Positions 21,388 to 31,756 of a DNA stretch of 64,000 bases are shown here, piece after piece. Positions within the stretch are counted from its first letter, which is position 1; the number at the start of each line of letters is the position of its first letter. The translations under genes were made by a program, and so were the position numbers. Below the pieces are notes generated by a model. The model was given only the letters and a program-made list of their open reading frames with translations. It was not told where the DNA came from and made no database searches. This stretch comes from Gemmatimonadales bacterium (GTDB taxonomy: Bacteria; Gemmatimonadota; Gemmatimonadetes; Gemmatimonadales; GWC2-71-9): contig JBFJCP010000014.1 of assembly GCA_041615815.1 (NCBI GenBank), positions 1-64,000 on the forward strand. Reading direction: 5' to 3'.

Positions 21388-22410
21388 TTATTGCAGCTCG
21401 ACGCCGCGCCCCTCGATCACCTCTCCCACCCGGTAGGTCTGCAGGCCGGCGCGCGAGGCCGCCTGGCGCAGCTCATCGGCGCTGTCGGGCGTGGCCACGG
21501 CGATCATCCCCAGTCCCATGTTGAAGACGCGATACATCTCCTCGGTGGTCACCCCGCCAAACTCTTGGAGCATTTGAAAGACGGGAAGGACCGGCCACGA
21601 GCCCCGTTCGACGACGGCCCCGCAGCCTTCCGGCAACGCGCGGGCGAGGTTAGCCGCGATACCACCGCCGGTGATGTGGGCGAGCGCACCCACCTCGGCG
21701 AGGACTGGGCCGATGGCGCGCCAGTAGCTTCGATGGACGGTGAGCAGCACATCGGCCACCGACGCGCCCAAGCCCGGGATCTCGTCGTTCACATCGAGGC
21801 CGAGCACGTCGAAGACGATATGTCTGGCCAGCGTGTACCCGTTGGTGTGGAGGCCGCTCGAGGTGTACCCGACGAGCACGTCTCCCACCCGCACCGATTC
21901 GCCGAGGATGGCCTCCGCCTCTCCCACGACGCCGATGATCGTGCCGGCGAGGTCGTAGTATCCCGGCTGATAGAGATCGGGAAGCTGGGCCGTTTCCCCA
22001 CCCACGAGTGGCATGCCGTGCGCGCGGCAGGCTTGCGCCACACCATCCACGAGTGCGGTGAGCACGGCGGTGTCGAGACCGGAACCGCCGATGTAATCGA
22101 GGAACGCGAGCGGTTTGGCGCCGTGGACGAGGATGTCATTGACGCAGTGGTTGACGAGATCTTCGCCCACGGTGTCGTGCCGGCCGGCTCGCGCGGCGAC
22201 CATCACCTTGCTTCCCACGCCGTCGGTGCTAGTGACCAAGACGGGGCGTTCGACGTCGGTGGGGACGCGGACCATCCCGCCAAACGCGCCGGCCACTCCC
22301 CGGCTCAGCGATGTCCGAGTCGACGCCACGAGCCTGAGGATCCGCTGTTTGGCGGCATCGGCGGTGTCCAGATCGACACCGACGGAGCGATAGCGCTCGG
22401 CGGGACTCAT
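21388..22410 (-). CDS. purM: Phosphoribosylformylglycinamidine cyclo-ligase
   Basis: STDGVGSK, GGETA, SSGLHTNG, HITGGG, FNMGLG. Confidence 0.95.
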   Translation of the reverse strand: MSPAERYRSVGVDLDTADAAKQRILRLVASTRTSLSRGVAGAFGGMVRVPTDVERPVLVTSTDGVGSKVMVAARAGRHDTVGEDLVNHCVNDILVHGAKPLAFLDYIGGSGLDTAVLTALVDGVAQACRAHGMPLVGGETAQLPDLYQPGYYDLAGTIIGVVGEAEAILGESVRVGDVLVGYTSSGLHTNGYTLARHIVFDVLGLDVNDEIPGLGASVADVLLTVHRSYWRAIGPVLAEVGALAHITGGGIAANLARALPEGCGAVVERGSWPVLPVFQMLQEFGGVTTEEMYRVFNMGLGMIAVATPDSADELRQAASRAGLQTYRVGEVIEGRGVELQ

Positions 22411-22438
22411 GCGCGCCGGCGCCCGACGGGAGGGGCGA

Positions 22439-23368
22439 TCACTCCACGGCTTCCATCTCGGGTTCCACATCGAACCGAACCAGCTCGGCGAACGCGCGCA
22501 CCCGGGCGGTGACTTCCGCCGGGCCGATCTCATCGAACCGCTCGGTCGAAAAGCGTTCCACCGCAAAGGACCCCATGGCCGAACCGTAGACCATGGCCCG
22601 TCGGAGATTGCCCGGCGAGACATCATCGTGGCGGGCCAGGTGCGCCATGAAGCCGCCGGCGAACGCGTCGCCCGCGCCCGTGGGATCGAAAACATCTTCC
22701 AGGGGGAACGCCGGCATGTAAAAGACCCGGTTCTCCTCGACGAGGACGGCGCCGTAGACGCCTTGTTTGATGACGGCCATCTTGGGACCCCGCTCGAGGA
22801 TCCAGCGTGCGGCGCGATAGATATTCCAGTCACCGGACAGCTCACGGGCTTCGGCGTCGTTCACCATGAGCACGTCGATGTGCCGAAGCAGCTCCAGCAG
22901 CACGTCCCGCTTGCCGTGGATCCAGTAGTTCATGGTATCGCAGGCCACGAGCGTGGGACGGTGGATCTGGTCGAGCACGCCGAGCTGCAACGCCGGATCG
23001 ATATTGCCCAAGAAGACGTATTTGGAATCGCGAAATCCCTCCGGGATCCGCGGTTCGAAGTTCGCGAACACGCCGAGGCGGGTATCCAGCGTCTCCCGGT
23101 TCTGCAGATCGTAGGAGTATTTCCCCTTCCAGCGAAAGCTCTCGCCCGGTTCGTGCTTGACGCCTCTAAGATCGACGCCACGGGCCTCCATTCGATCCAG
23201 CTCGTGGGTGGGGAAGTCTTGTCCCACGACCCCGACCATCTGCACGGGGTGCAGGAGCGACGCGGCGTACGAGAAAAACACCGCCGATCCGCCCAACGCG
23301 TCCGCGTTGGAACCGAATGGCGTCTGCACCGAATCGAGGGCAATACTCCCGACGACGAGTAGCGACAC
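22439..23368 (-). CDS. PfkB family carbohydrate/nucleoside kinase
   Basis: LGGSA, DPTGAGDAFAGG. Confidence 0.92.
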   Translation of the reverse strand: MSLLVVGSIALDSVQTPFGSNADALGGSAVFFSYAASLLHPVQMVGVVGQDFPTHELDRMEARGVDLRGVKHEPGESFRWKGKYSYDLQNRETLDTRLGVFANFEPRIPEGFRDSKYVFLGNIDPALQLGVLDQIHRPTLVACDTMNYWIHGKRDVLLELLRHIDVLMVNDAEARELSGDWNIYRAARWILERGPKMAVIKQGVYGAVLVEENRVFYMPAFPLEDVFDPTGAGDAFAGGFMAHLARHDDVSPGNLRRAMVYGSAMGSFAVERFSTERFDEIGPAEVTARVRAFAELVRFDVEPEMEAVE

Positions 23369-23370
23369 GA

Positions 23371-25020
23371 TTACATACGCTCCGGAGCTGTGATTCCCAA
23401 CAGATGGAGGCCGTTGGCCAAGACGATCTGCACTCCCCGTGCCAGCACCAACCGCGCCTGTTCCAGCTCTGGGCCGACGCCCAGCACTCGATGCCGGTGG
23501 TACCAGCCATTCACGAGGCGGGCGAGCTCCTCGAGATAGGCAATGATCCGGTGTGGCTCGAGGAACTCCGCGGATTTCTCCACGATACTCGGATACGCGC
23601 CCAGCTGCTTAATGAGGTCCAGCTCTTCCTGTTCCGTGAGCACTGCGAGGTCCGCAGCGTCCGGGTTCCAGGCGGTGGGCTCGAGCCCCGCGGTTCGAAA
23701 GATCCCCGCCATTCTCGTGTGCGCGTATTGGACGTAGTAGACCGGATTCTCTTCCGACTGGGTCGTGGCCAAGTCCACGTCAAAGACGAATTGCGAGTCA
23801 CCACGGCGCATGAGGAAGAAGTATCGCGCCGCGTCGACGCCAGTTTCCTCGAAGAGTTCACGGAGTGAAACGAAATCCCCGGCGCGCTTCGAGAAGCGGA
23901 CTTCCTCGCCCTGGCGCATGACCCGAACCAGCTGTACCAGCACCACGCGGAAGAACGTCTCCGGCATCCCCAGCGCTCGGAGCGCCGCGGTCATCCGTGC
24001 GATGTAGCCATGGTGGTCCGCACCCCACACGTCGATGGCCAGATCGAACTGGCGCGCGTACTTGGTGCGATGGTACGCGATATCCGGAAGGAAATAGGTG
24101 TAGGTGCCATCGCGCTTGCGGAGCACGCGATCTTTGGAATCGCCGTGGGCCGAGGTGGAGAGCCAGAGCGCGCCGTCGCGCTCGTAGGTGAGGTTGCGGC
24201 CGGCCAGATCCGCGAGCGTGTCCTCGAGCAGACCCTCCCGATACAGCTGGCGCTCGTGATAGACGACGTCGAATCGCACGCCGAATTCCGCGAGATCTCG
24301 ATCTTGTTCCGCTCGCTGGGCCCGCACGGCGAAGTCGCGACATTGGAGGAGCGCCTCCGCGGCCGGACGATCGGCGAACGCGGCACCCTCTTGCTCGAGC
24401 AGCGTGCTGGCCAACTCCTCGACGTAATCCCCGTGGTAGCCGCCGTCCGGGACCTCGGCGTGTCGTTCGACAGCTTGCTGCAGTCTGGCCCACACGGACT
24501 CGCCCAGTCGGTCGATCTGCACTCCCGCATCGTTCACGTAGAACTCGCGCACGACCTCGTGACCGGTGGCCTCGAGGAGGGAGGCGATGGCGTCCCCGAG
24601 CGCGGCGCCGCGGCCGTGCCCCACGTGGAGTGGTCCCGTGGGATTGGCCGATACGAACTCCACGTTGACCCGACGCCCTTTCCCTATCGTCGATCGTCCG
24701 TATTGATCGCCAGCCACCAGAATCGCGCGGAGGACGTCGGTGACCGCGTGTTCGGAAAGCCAGAAGTTGATGAACCCCGGGCCCGCGATCTCGATCTTCT
24801 GGATGAGACCCACCGGCGGGTCCAGAGACGATACGATGGCCTCGGCGAGCTCACGCGGCTTGCGTTTGAGGGGACGGGCAAGCTGCAACGCCACGTTGGT
24901 GGCGAGATCCCCGTGCGTCGGATCTCGCGGGCGTTCCAGCGTCGGATCGACGTCGGTGGTGCCAAGCCCCTCGATGGCGCGTTGCAACGCCTCGCGGAGC
25001 TGGTCGGCTCCAGCGGTCAG
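23371..25020 (-). CDS. argS: Arginine--tRNA ligase (start uncertain: CTG 25020 or TTG 24987)
   Basis: EFVSANPTGPLHVGH, WGADHHGY, NPVYYVQYAH, PERM C-terminus. Confidence 0.95.
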   Translation of the reverse strand: MTAGADQLREALQRAIEGLGTTDVDPTLERPRDPTHGDLATNVALQLARPLKRKPRELAEAIVSSLDPPVGLIQKIEIAGPGFINFWLSEHAVTDVLRAILVAGDQYGRSTIGKGRRVNVEFVSANPTGPLHVGHGRGAALGDAIASLLEATGHEVVREFYVNDAGVQIDRLGESVWARLQQAVERHAEVPDGGYHGDYVEELASTLLEQEGAAFADRPAAEALLQCRDFAVRAQRAEQDRDLAEFGVRFDVVYHERQLYREGLLEDTLADLAGRNLTYERDGALWLSTSAHGDSKDRVLRKRDGTYTYFLPDIAYHRTKYARQFDLAIDVWGADHHGYIARMTAALRALGMPETFFRVVLVQLVRVMRQGEEVRFSKRAGDFVSLRELFEETGVDAARYFFLMRRGDSQFVFDVDLATTQSEENPVYYVQYAHTRMAGIFRTAGLEPTAWNPDAADLAVLTEQEELDLIKQLGAYPSIVEKSAEFLEPHRIIAYLEELARLVNGWYHRHRVLGVGPELEQARLVLARGVQIVLANGLHLLGITAPERM

Positions 25021-25316
25021 CTGTCCGCTCCGGTCGACTTTGAGGATTTGTCGGGCGGGGACGCCGGTTTCTTCTCCGACTTGTCCTTCTTGGGCGTCTT
25101 TTCCTCGCCCTTAGCCGTCTTCTCCTCGCCGCTTTTCTTCTTGTAGTCGGTGATGTAGAACCCGGACCCCTTGAAGACGAGCCCCGCACCGCCAGTGATC
25201 AGCCGTTCCCCCCGTGCCCCGCACTCGGGACACTTGGTCCGGGTCTTGTCGCTGATCTTCTGGAGCTTCTCGTATTCGTGCCCGCATTGGGGACAACGAT
25301 AGGCGTACGTCGGCAT
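25017..25316 (-). CDS. FmdB family zinc-ribbon protein
   Basis: MPTYAYRCPQCG...CPECG...FKGSGFYITDY plus Lys-rich tail. Confidence 0.9.
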   Translation of the reverse strand: MPTYAYRCPQCGHEYEKLQKISDKTRTKCPECGARGERLITGGAGLVFKGSGFYITDYKKKSGEEKTAKGEEKTPKKDKSEKKPASPPDKSSKSTGADS

Positions 25317-25351
25317 TGGCCTTCAATTCGTGTCATGACAACCAGTTGGCG

Positions 25352-25381
25352 AACCTAGTCGGTACCCGGGCGGGGGGTCAA
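25352..25381 (-). promoter_or_regulatory. Putative internal sigma70 promoter
   Basis: TTGACC-18 nt-TAGGTT; perfect palindrome TGTCATGACA (25331-25340) lies downstream. Confidence 0.4.
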
Positions 25382-26937
25382 GCCGGTGGCCGGAACGTCC
25401 CCCACGTCCTCCGCAGGGCGTCGGAGATCTCACCCAGCGTGGCGCGCACGGTGACGGCCTCGAGGATCACCGGCATCAGGGGTTCGTCGACGCGCGCCGA
25501 TTCCTCCAGGGCCTCGAGCGCAGCTCGCACGGAGGCCTGTGATCGGCGGTGCCTGGCGTCCTCAAGCCGCCGGCGTTGCTGCTCGGCGAGCGCGCCGTAG
25601 TTGGGGACCGTCAGCGCAGGTGGCGGGGCCTCGTCCAGGTATCGGTTCACGCCCACGACCACGCTCGCCCCCGATTCGATCGCCCGCTGATGTTCGTACG
25701 CGGACCGGGCGATGGCGTCCTGGAAGTATCCGCGATCGATGGCCCGGGCGGCGCCGCCGAGCCCAGCGATCTCGTCCAACAACTCTTCGGCACCGCGCTC
25801 GATTGCGCCGGTGAGGTGCTCCACGTAGTGGGAGCCGCCCAGCGGATCAGCCGTACGGGTGACACCGGATTCGTGGGCGAGAATTTGCTGGGTGCGCAGG
25901 GCCAGTCGGGCCGCCTCGGCGGACGGCAGGGTCAGCGCCTCGTCGTATCCGTTGGTATGCAGCGATTGCGTACCGCCGAGTACGGCCGCGAGCGCCTGGA
26001 CGGTGACGCGGACAACGTTGTTCAGCGGCTGCTGCGCCGTGAGGGTGGACCCGCCGGTCTGCGTGTGAAAGCGGAGCCGGCAGCTCTCGTCGTCGGCCGC
26101 GTACCGGTCTCGCATGATCCGAGCCCACAGGCGTCTCGCCGCGCGGAACTTGGATACCTCTTCGAAGAGATCGTTGTGGGCGGCGAAGAAGAACGACACT
26201 CGACGCCCGATGGCGTCGAGGTCGAGGCCCGCGTCCCGGGCGTGATCCAAATACTCCATGGCGTTGGCGAACGTGAACGCGACCTCCTGAACTGCCGTCG
26301 CGCCTGCCTCGCGCATGTGATAGCCACTGATCGAGATCGGATTGAAGTTCATCTCCTCGTCGTTCACGAACCGGAAGGTGTCCGTCACCAGACGGAGGGA
26401 CGACTCCACCGGATAGATGTAGGTCCCGCGTGCGATGTACTCCTTGAGCACATCGTTTTGAATGGTCCCGCGGAGCTTACTGCGCGTCACGCCTTGCTCT
26501 TCCGCCACCACGACATACATGGCCAGCAGGATGGCGGCCGTCGCATTGATGGTCATCGACGTCGAGACCTGATCTAGTGGAATATCCCGAAACACCAGCG
26601 CGAGATCGTCCACGGTATCGATGGCGACTCCCGCGCGGCCCACCTCGCCCTCGGCCAACGCGGCATCGGAGTCATAGCCCATCTGCGTTGGCAGATCGAA
26701 GGCCACCGACAACCCGGTCTGTCCCGCATCGAGCAGCTCCCGGAAACGGTGGTTGGTCTCTTCCGGTGTGCCGAACCCCGCGTACTGGCGCATCGTCCAC
26801 AGACGACCGCGATACATGGTGGGGTAGATACCGCGTGTGAACGGGAAGCGGCCCGGTGATTCGCGTCCATTGGTGCCGTCGCCGGCACCGTAGACCTGTT
26901 GAATGGGGAGGCCTGAGGGTGAGCGCTCCTGGCTCAC
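25378..26937 (-). CDS. Methylmalonyl-CoA mutase, substrate-binding subunit (no B12-binding domain)
   Basis: [46 protein letters not shown]; lacks DxHxxG. Confidence 0.92.
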   Translation of the reverse strand: MSQERSPSGLPIQQVYGAGDGTNGRESPGRFPFTRGIYPTMYRGRLWTMRQYAGFGTPEETNHRFRELLDAGQTGLSVAFDLPTQMGYDSDAALAEGEVGRAGVAIDTVDDLALVFRDIPLDQVSTSMTINATAAILLAMYVVVAEEQGVTRSKLRGTIQNDVLKEYIARGTYIYPVESSLRLVTDTFRFVNDEEMNFNPISISGYHMREAGATAVQEVAFTFANAMEYLDHARDAGLDLDAIGRRVSFFFAAHNDLFEEVSKFRAARRLWARIMRDRYAADDESCRLRFHTQTGGSTLTAQQPLNNVVRVTVQALAAVLGGTQSLHTNGYDEALTLPSAEAARLALRTQQILAHESGVTRTADPLGGSHYVEHLTGAIERGAEELLDEIAGLGGAARAIDRGYFQDAIARSAYEHQRAIESGASVVVGVNRYLDEAPPPALTVPNYGALAEQQRRRLEDARHRRSQASVRAALEALEESARVDEPLMPVILEAVTVRATLGEISDALRRTWGTFRPPA

Positions 26938-27950
26938 GCCACCCCTGCCTCGACGCTCGCCAGAACGCGCTCGACGAACGCGACGTCATCCCTGCTTCCG
27001 ATCAACAACGGGGTGCGTTGATGGAGCTCCTGCGGTGCGATGTCGAGGATGGGCGTGGATCCATCGGATGCCGATCCCCCCGCCTGTTCGGCAATGAAGG
27101 CGAGTGGAGCAGCCTCGTAGAGGAGGCGGAGCTTTCCCCGGGGGGACTTGCTGTCCGCCGGGTACATGAACACGCCGCCGCCAAGCATGTTGCGGTGGAA
27201 GTCCGCGACGAGCGAGCCGATATAGCGCGCGTTCCGGGTATTGGGCGTGGGTCCCGCGCCCTTGAACGACTGCACGACGCGTCGATATCCCTCGTTCCAC
27301 CGGTTCCAATAGCTCTCGTTGATGCTGTAGAACTTCCCGACGGGAGGAGTTTTGATGTCGTGACTGTACAGCCGGAACTCGCCAATCGTGGGGTCCAGGG
27401 TGAAACCGTGGACCCCCCGCCCCGACGTATAGACGAGGACGGTACTCGAGCCGTAAATGACATATCCGGCAGCGACCTGCGTGCGGCCGGTTTGCAGACA
27501 ATCCTTCAGCGTGCCGGGACCTTTTTTAGTTACCCGCCGGTGAATCGAGAAGATGGTGCCGATCGAGACGTTGGCGTCGATGTTCGACGAGCCGTCGAGG
27601 GGATCGTAGACCAGCACGTACTTTCCGGGGCGGTGCTCCTCGGGAATCGGGACAGGCTCGGGATCCTCCTCGGACGCCAGGACGCAGACTCGGCCCGTGT
27701 GTTCGACCGCGGACTTCATGGTCTCGTTGGCGATGACGTCCAGCTTTTGCTGTTGTTCGCCCTGGACGTTTTTGCGACCGGCGGCGCCGAGGACATCCAC
27801 GAGACCGGCCCGGCGGACGTATCCAGAGATGACCTTGGCGGCGAGGGCGATGTCGTAGAGCAGATTGGTGAGCTCACCCGTGGCGGCTGGGTACAGCCGC
27901 TCCTGCTCCATGATGAATCGCTCGATGGTAACGAGGGACGAAGTCGACAC
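26934..27950 (-). CDS. fbp: Fructose-1,6-bisphosphatase class 1
   Basis: [36 protein letters not shown]. Confidence 0.95.
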   Translation of the reverse strand: MSTSSLVTIERFIMEQERLYPAATGELTNLLYDIALAAKVISGYVRRAGLVDVLGAAGRKNVQGEQQQKLDVIANETMKSAVEHTGRVCVLASEEDPEPVPIPEEHRPGKYVLVYDPLDGSSNIDANVSIGTIFSIHRRVTKKGPGTLKDCLQTGRTQVAAGYVIYGSSTVLVYTSGRGVHGFTLDPTIGEFRLYSHDIKTPPVGKFYSINESYWNRWNEGYRRVVQSFKGAGPTPNTRNARYIGSLVADFHRNMLGGGVFMYPADSKSPRGKLRLLYEAAPLAFIAEQAGGSASDGSTPILDIAPQELHQRTPLLIGSRDDVAFVERVLASVEAGVA

Positions 27951-30151
27951 CAGATTGTCTCCACCAGCGTGAGTGGGGCGCGCTGTCTCACCACAAGATA
28001 GCGCCCATCGGTGCGGATCGTCACCGTTCCGCCGCGGTCGGTGCGGTAAATGGGAATGTGCCGGCGCGCGAGGCGATGCAGCACTTCGCGCGACGGGTGC
28101 CCGTAGCGGTTCTTGCCGACGCTGATGACCGCGATCCGGGGCTCGAGGCTCTCGAGCCACGCTGCCGTCGTGCCCGTGCGCGATCCGTGATGCCCCACCT
28201 TGAGCAGTTCAATGGTCCGGCCAGCGGGCGACCATCCGGCGAGGATCTCGGACTCCGACGGGGCTCCGGCGTCACCGGCCAAGATGGCGTCGAAACATCC
28301 GAAGCTCACGTGCAGGACCACCGAATTCTCGTTGGGTGCGATCTGACGGTCGATCCAATCCGTCGCGGGGTGCAGCACCGCGAGGGTGACCCCGTCCACC
28401 ACGAGGGTGTCGCCGGCTCGCGCTGCCTGCCAGGCGAGACCGAGGCTATCGACGGTCGCGAGGTGCTCGAGGTAGAGCGCCCCGCCCAGCGGTTGCCCGG
28501 GTTCCAGCACCATCTCGGGCTCGAGGGCCCGGGTGACGCTCGGTCCCCCGCCCAGGTGATCGGCATCGGCGTGCGAGATGACCAACGCCGCTAGGGAGCG
28601 GCCCCCGTGTCGCCTGAGAAACGGGAGGACGACTCGGCGACCGGCGTCCATGCCACGTCCAGCGGGCCCAGCGTCGATGAGCACCCACCGCCCGTGTGGC
28701 GTTCTGAGCGCGATCGCGTCGCCCTGACCGACGTCGAGCACGTGAACCAGGAGCTGTCCGGCGTGACGGTTACGCGGCCACGCCCAGGTCGCAAGGAGGA
28801 TCCAGCTGGTTGCTGCGGCCACCGCGAGCGCACGAAGCGTGACGACCCGCCGCGGCGCCCGATCTGTCGTGAGCCACCAAGCCACCAGCAGGAGCGCCGC
28901 CCAGGGAAGGGCAAACAAGGGACTGGCGGGACCGGTCAGATGTCCACCCGGCAGGCGGACGGCGAGGCTCGCCACCCATTCGATTGCGCCGAGCGCGAGG
29001 CCTGCGCCTCCAGCCACGAGCGGCCCGAGGGCAAGACTGGCGAACACGCCGGGTACGGCCACACTCGCCAGCGGCACCGCCACCAGGTTGGCGAGCACCC
29101 CCACCGGGGCGACCGACCCAAACGCGAAGGCAGTGATTGGCGCGGTGGTCACCGTCGCTCCCACCGACGCCGCGGCGAGCCTCACCGGTGGGAGCGCGCG
29201 GGCTCGGCCTCGGAGCATTCGCCCCGCCCGGTGGGTACCCCAGACGGCGGCCATGGAGAGCCACGCGCCGACCGACTTCACGGCCAAGGGATCGACGAGC
29301 AGCAGAACGAAGGCCGCGGCAGCGAGCACGCCTGCGAAGGGCGGGTGGCGTTGGCGCGACCGCGCAACCCCCCACAGACTGACGAAGGCGGCAGCGCGGG
29401 TGGCGGGTGCGGTGAAGCCGAGGACGGCGACGTAGAACCAGGTGAGGACCGCGCTCCAGAGCCAGGCGTGTCGACCCGCCCCTGCCAAGCGGGCGGCGAG
29501 GAGGAACCATCCGGCCAGTATCCCCACGTGGAGTCCCGAGATGGCTAGGAGGTGCGCCAGCCCCGCGGCCGTGAAGGTGCGACGCAGCTCGAAATCGATG
29601 TCGTGCCGGCGTCCGAGGACGAGCGCTTCCACGAGGCCGGCGCGTGCGCCGTAGAGGCCACGGATCCGTTGCGCGACCGCGTCGCGAGTGCTGAGCCGCC
29701 ACCCGCGGGCTCTCCCCAGCACGCGTACACGCCGGGCGCTGAACACTCCGGGGCGATAGGTCCCCACGGCCACCACCCGGGTGCCTGCCGCCAGGTCCAT
29801 GGGCGGGAACCGCACCCGCACCACCCCGGTGCATCGGGGGCGCGCTTCGATGATCCGCGCGTCCGTGACACCCGGCGGTCCGGGACGGTAGAGCACGAGG
29901 AGCGTGGCGGTTTTGGAACCGGCGGACCAGACGAACCGACAGGTGGTGGCGGCACGTCGCCGGTGCCAGCCGCCGACCCACGCACCGAGAGTGAAGGCGG
30001 CACCGTATACGCCCATGGCCGGTTGCCAACGGGCCAGCACGACGGTGCCGGCTGTCGCGGTGCCAATGAGGAGCGGGGAGAGGGGAATCGTGATGGCGGT
30101 GCAGAGCGCCGCCGCATACGCCACCGACAATCGGACCATCGGTAGCGGCAC
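27716..30151 (-). CDS. comEC: DNA internalization competence protein ComEC/Rec2
   Basis: [44 protein letters not shown]. Confidence 0.92.
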   Translation of the reverse strand: MPLPMVRLSVAYAAALCTAITIPLSPLLIGTATAGTVVLARWQPAMGVYGAAFTLGAWVGGWHRRRAATTCRFVWSAGSKTATLLVLYRPGPPGVTDARIIEARPRCTGVVRVRFPPMDLAAGTRVVAVGTYRPGVFSARRVRVLGRARGWRLSTRDAVAQRIRGLYGARAGLVEALVLGRRHDIDFELRRTFTAAGLAHLLAISGLHVGILAGWFLLAARLAGAGRHAWLWSAVLTWFYVAVLGFTAPATRAAAFVSLWGVARSRQRHPPFAGVLAAAAFVLLLVDPLAVKSVGAWLSMAAVWGTHRAGRMLRGRARALPPVRLAAASVGATVTTAPITAFAFGSVAPVGVLANLVAVPLASVAVPGVFASLALGPLVAGGAGLALGAIEWVASLAVRLPGGHLTGPASPLFALPWAALLLVAWWLTTDRAPRRVVTLRALAVAAATSWILLATWAWPRNRHAGQLLVHVLDVGQGDAIALRTPHGRWVLIDAGPAGRGMDAGRRVVLPFLRRHGGRSLAALVISHADADHLGGGPSVTRALEPEMVLEPGQPLGGALYLEHLATVDSLGLAWQAARAGDTLVVDGVTLAVLHPATDWIDRQIAPNENSVVLHVSFGCFDAILAGDAGAPSESEILAGWSPAGRTIELLKVGHHGSRTGTTAAWLESLEPRIAVISVGKNRYGHPSREVLHRLARRHIPIYRTDRGGTVTIRTDGRYLVVRQRAPLTLVETIWCRLRPSLPSSDSSWSRSGCTQPPRVSSPICSTTSPSPPRSSLDTSAGPVSWMSSAPPVAKTSRANNSKSWTSSPTRP

Positions 30152-30163
30152 GGATTCACGACG

Positions 30164-30439
30164 TTACTTGGGGGTGTGAAACTCCGGGCGAGGGCCAGCC
30201 TTGACGCGGCCAATGGCATCCATCAGCGCCACCGCGACATCGGCGCGCTGCTGGTCGCTTTCCATGGACACCGCCGTGATGATCTGCCCGGATCGTTGCG
30301 CGACGTAGTGCGGCTTGAGCCGGTTGAGCGCGTACACGAGGACGTCGTCCCGACACACGGCGCAGCCGCAAAAATCCGGGACCGACTCGACCACCCGATC
30401 GTACTCGCGGGCGACAAATCCTTCGAGCAGGTTGATCAC
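30164..30439 (-). CDS. comFB: ComFB family protein
   Basis: INLLE...FCGCAVCRDDVLVYALNRLKPHY...PRPEFH. Confidence 0.82.
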   Translation of the reverse strand: MINLLEGFVAREYDRVVESVPDFCGCAVCRDDVLVYALNRLKPHYVAQRSGQIITAVSMESDQQRADVAVALMDAIGRVKAGPRPEFHTPK

Positions 30440-31755
30440 CCCACGACGGAGAGCTCCCGGGCCGCCGTGTGCGGCGTCCCTGTGAAAGTCGAACCGGTGG
30501 TACCGGTGAGCTTGACGGACTTGTATGCACCGATCCAGTCCGTGGTCCCCGCGAGCAGCACCACCTTGTTGGTCCGGGTTCGTGACTGCAGGAGCCCCCC
30601 CCGACGGGCGATGCCCTCCACGAGCACCTCGTGCACCGAGCCCACCAGACCGAGGTTCTTGCGTCGTGCCACGTCTCGGACCACGTGAATGAGCCGTTCG
30701 AGCCGCGCACCGGCGATCTCATCGGGGACGGTGTGGGGCAAGCGCAGCGCCCCTGTACCGTCCCGGGGCGAGTACTTGAACGTAAACGCATCGTCGAAGC
30801 CCACTTCCTGCACCAGCGTTTCGGTGGCCAGGTAGTCGTCTTCGGACTCGCCCGGGAACCCGACGATGATATCCGTCGTGAGCGCGATGCCCGGGAGAGC
30901 GTTTCGCAGTTGCTGCACGCACCCGAGGTAGCGCTCGCGGTCGTAGCGGCGTCCCATCCGCTTGAGGATGCGCGAGGAGCCACTCTGCACCGGCAGGTGG
31001 ACGTGCTCACACACGGCGGGCACGGTGGCCATCGCCTCGACGACGCGGGGCGTGAAGTCAGTGGGATAGGGGCTCGTGAAACGGAGCCGGCGAATGCCGT
31101 CGACCGCGCCAACCGCCCGCAAGAGATCGCCAAAGTCGTGCTCGCCGTCGTCGTAGCTGTTGACGGTCTGGCCCAGCAGGGTGACCTCGGTGACCCCCGC
31201 CGCAGCCAACTCCCGAACTTCGCGGACTACCTCGTCCAGAATGCGGCTGCGCTCGCGCCCGCGCGTCATCGGAACGACGCAGAAGCTGCACCGATAATCG
31301 CAGCCCCGCTGGACCGTGACGAACGCCCCCACGCGATCGCCTCGACGGAGAGGGATATCCTCGTAGTGCTCCCACGACTTGAATTGAACATCGGTACCGC
31401 GGGTCCCGGCGGCGGCGCCCTCGATGAGCTGCGGCAGCCCTCGATATCCGTCGGGGCCGATCACGAGGTCCACATGTGGAGCGCGGTCGAGCAGGATGGG
31501 TCCCAACCGCTGCGCCATACACCCCACCACGCCCAGGACGACGCCGGGGCGTTTGTGGCGCTTGAGCTCTCCTATACGTCCCACCACGCGTTGTTCGGCG
31601 TTGTCGCGCACGGCACAGGTGTTGACCAAGAGCACGTCCGCGACGGCGGGATTTTCGGTCGGCGCGTACCCCTCGCGTTCCAGCAGCCCAAGCAGGAGCT
31701 CGGTATCTGCCACGTTCATCTGGCAGCCGTAGGTTTCGACGTAGACTCGTCTCAC
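30436..31755 (-). CDS. miaB: tRNA-i6A37 methylthiotransferase
   Basis: ETYGCQMN, NTCAVRDNAE, GCDYRCSFC, C-terminal TRAM domain. Confidence 0.93.
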   Translation of the reverse strand: MRRVYVETYGCQMNVADTELLLGLLEREGYAPTENPAVADVLLVNTCAVRDNAEQRVVGRIGELKRHKRPGVVLGVVGCMAQRLGPILLDRAPHVDLVIGPDGYRGLPQLIEGAAAGTRGTDVQFKSWEHYEDIPLRRGDRVGAFVTVQRGCDYRCSFCVVPMTRGRERSRILDEVVREVRELAAAGVTEVTLLGQTVNSYDDGEHDFGDLLRAVGAVDGIRRLRFTSPYPTDFTPRVVEAMATVPAVCEHVHLPVQSGSSRILKRMGRRYDRERYLGCVQQLRNALPGIALTTDIIVGFPGESEDDYLATETLVQEVGFDDAFTFKYSPRDGTGALRLPHTVPDEIAGARLERLIHVVRDVARRKNLGLVGSVHEVLVEGIARRGGLLQSRTRTNKVVLLAGTTDWIGAYKSVKLTGTTGSTFTGTPHTAARELSVVG

Positions 31756-31756
31756 G

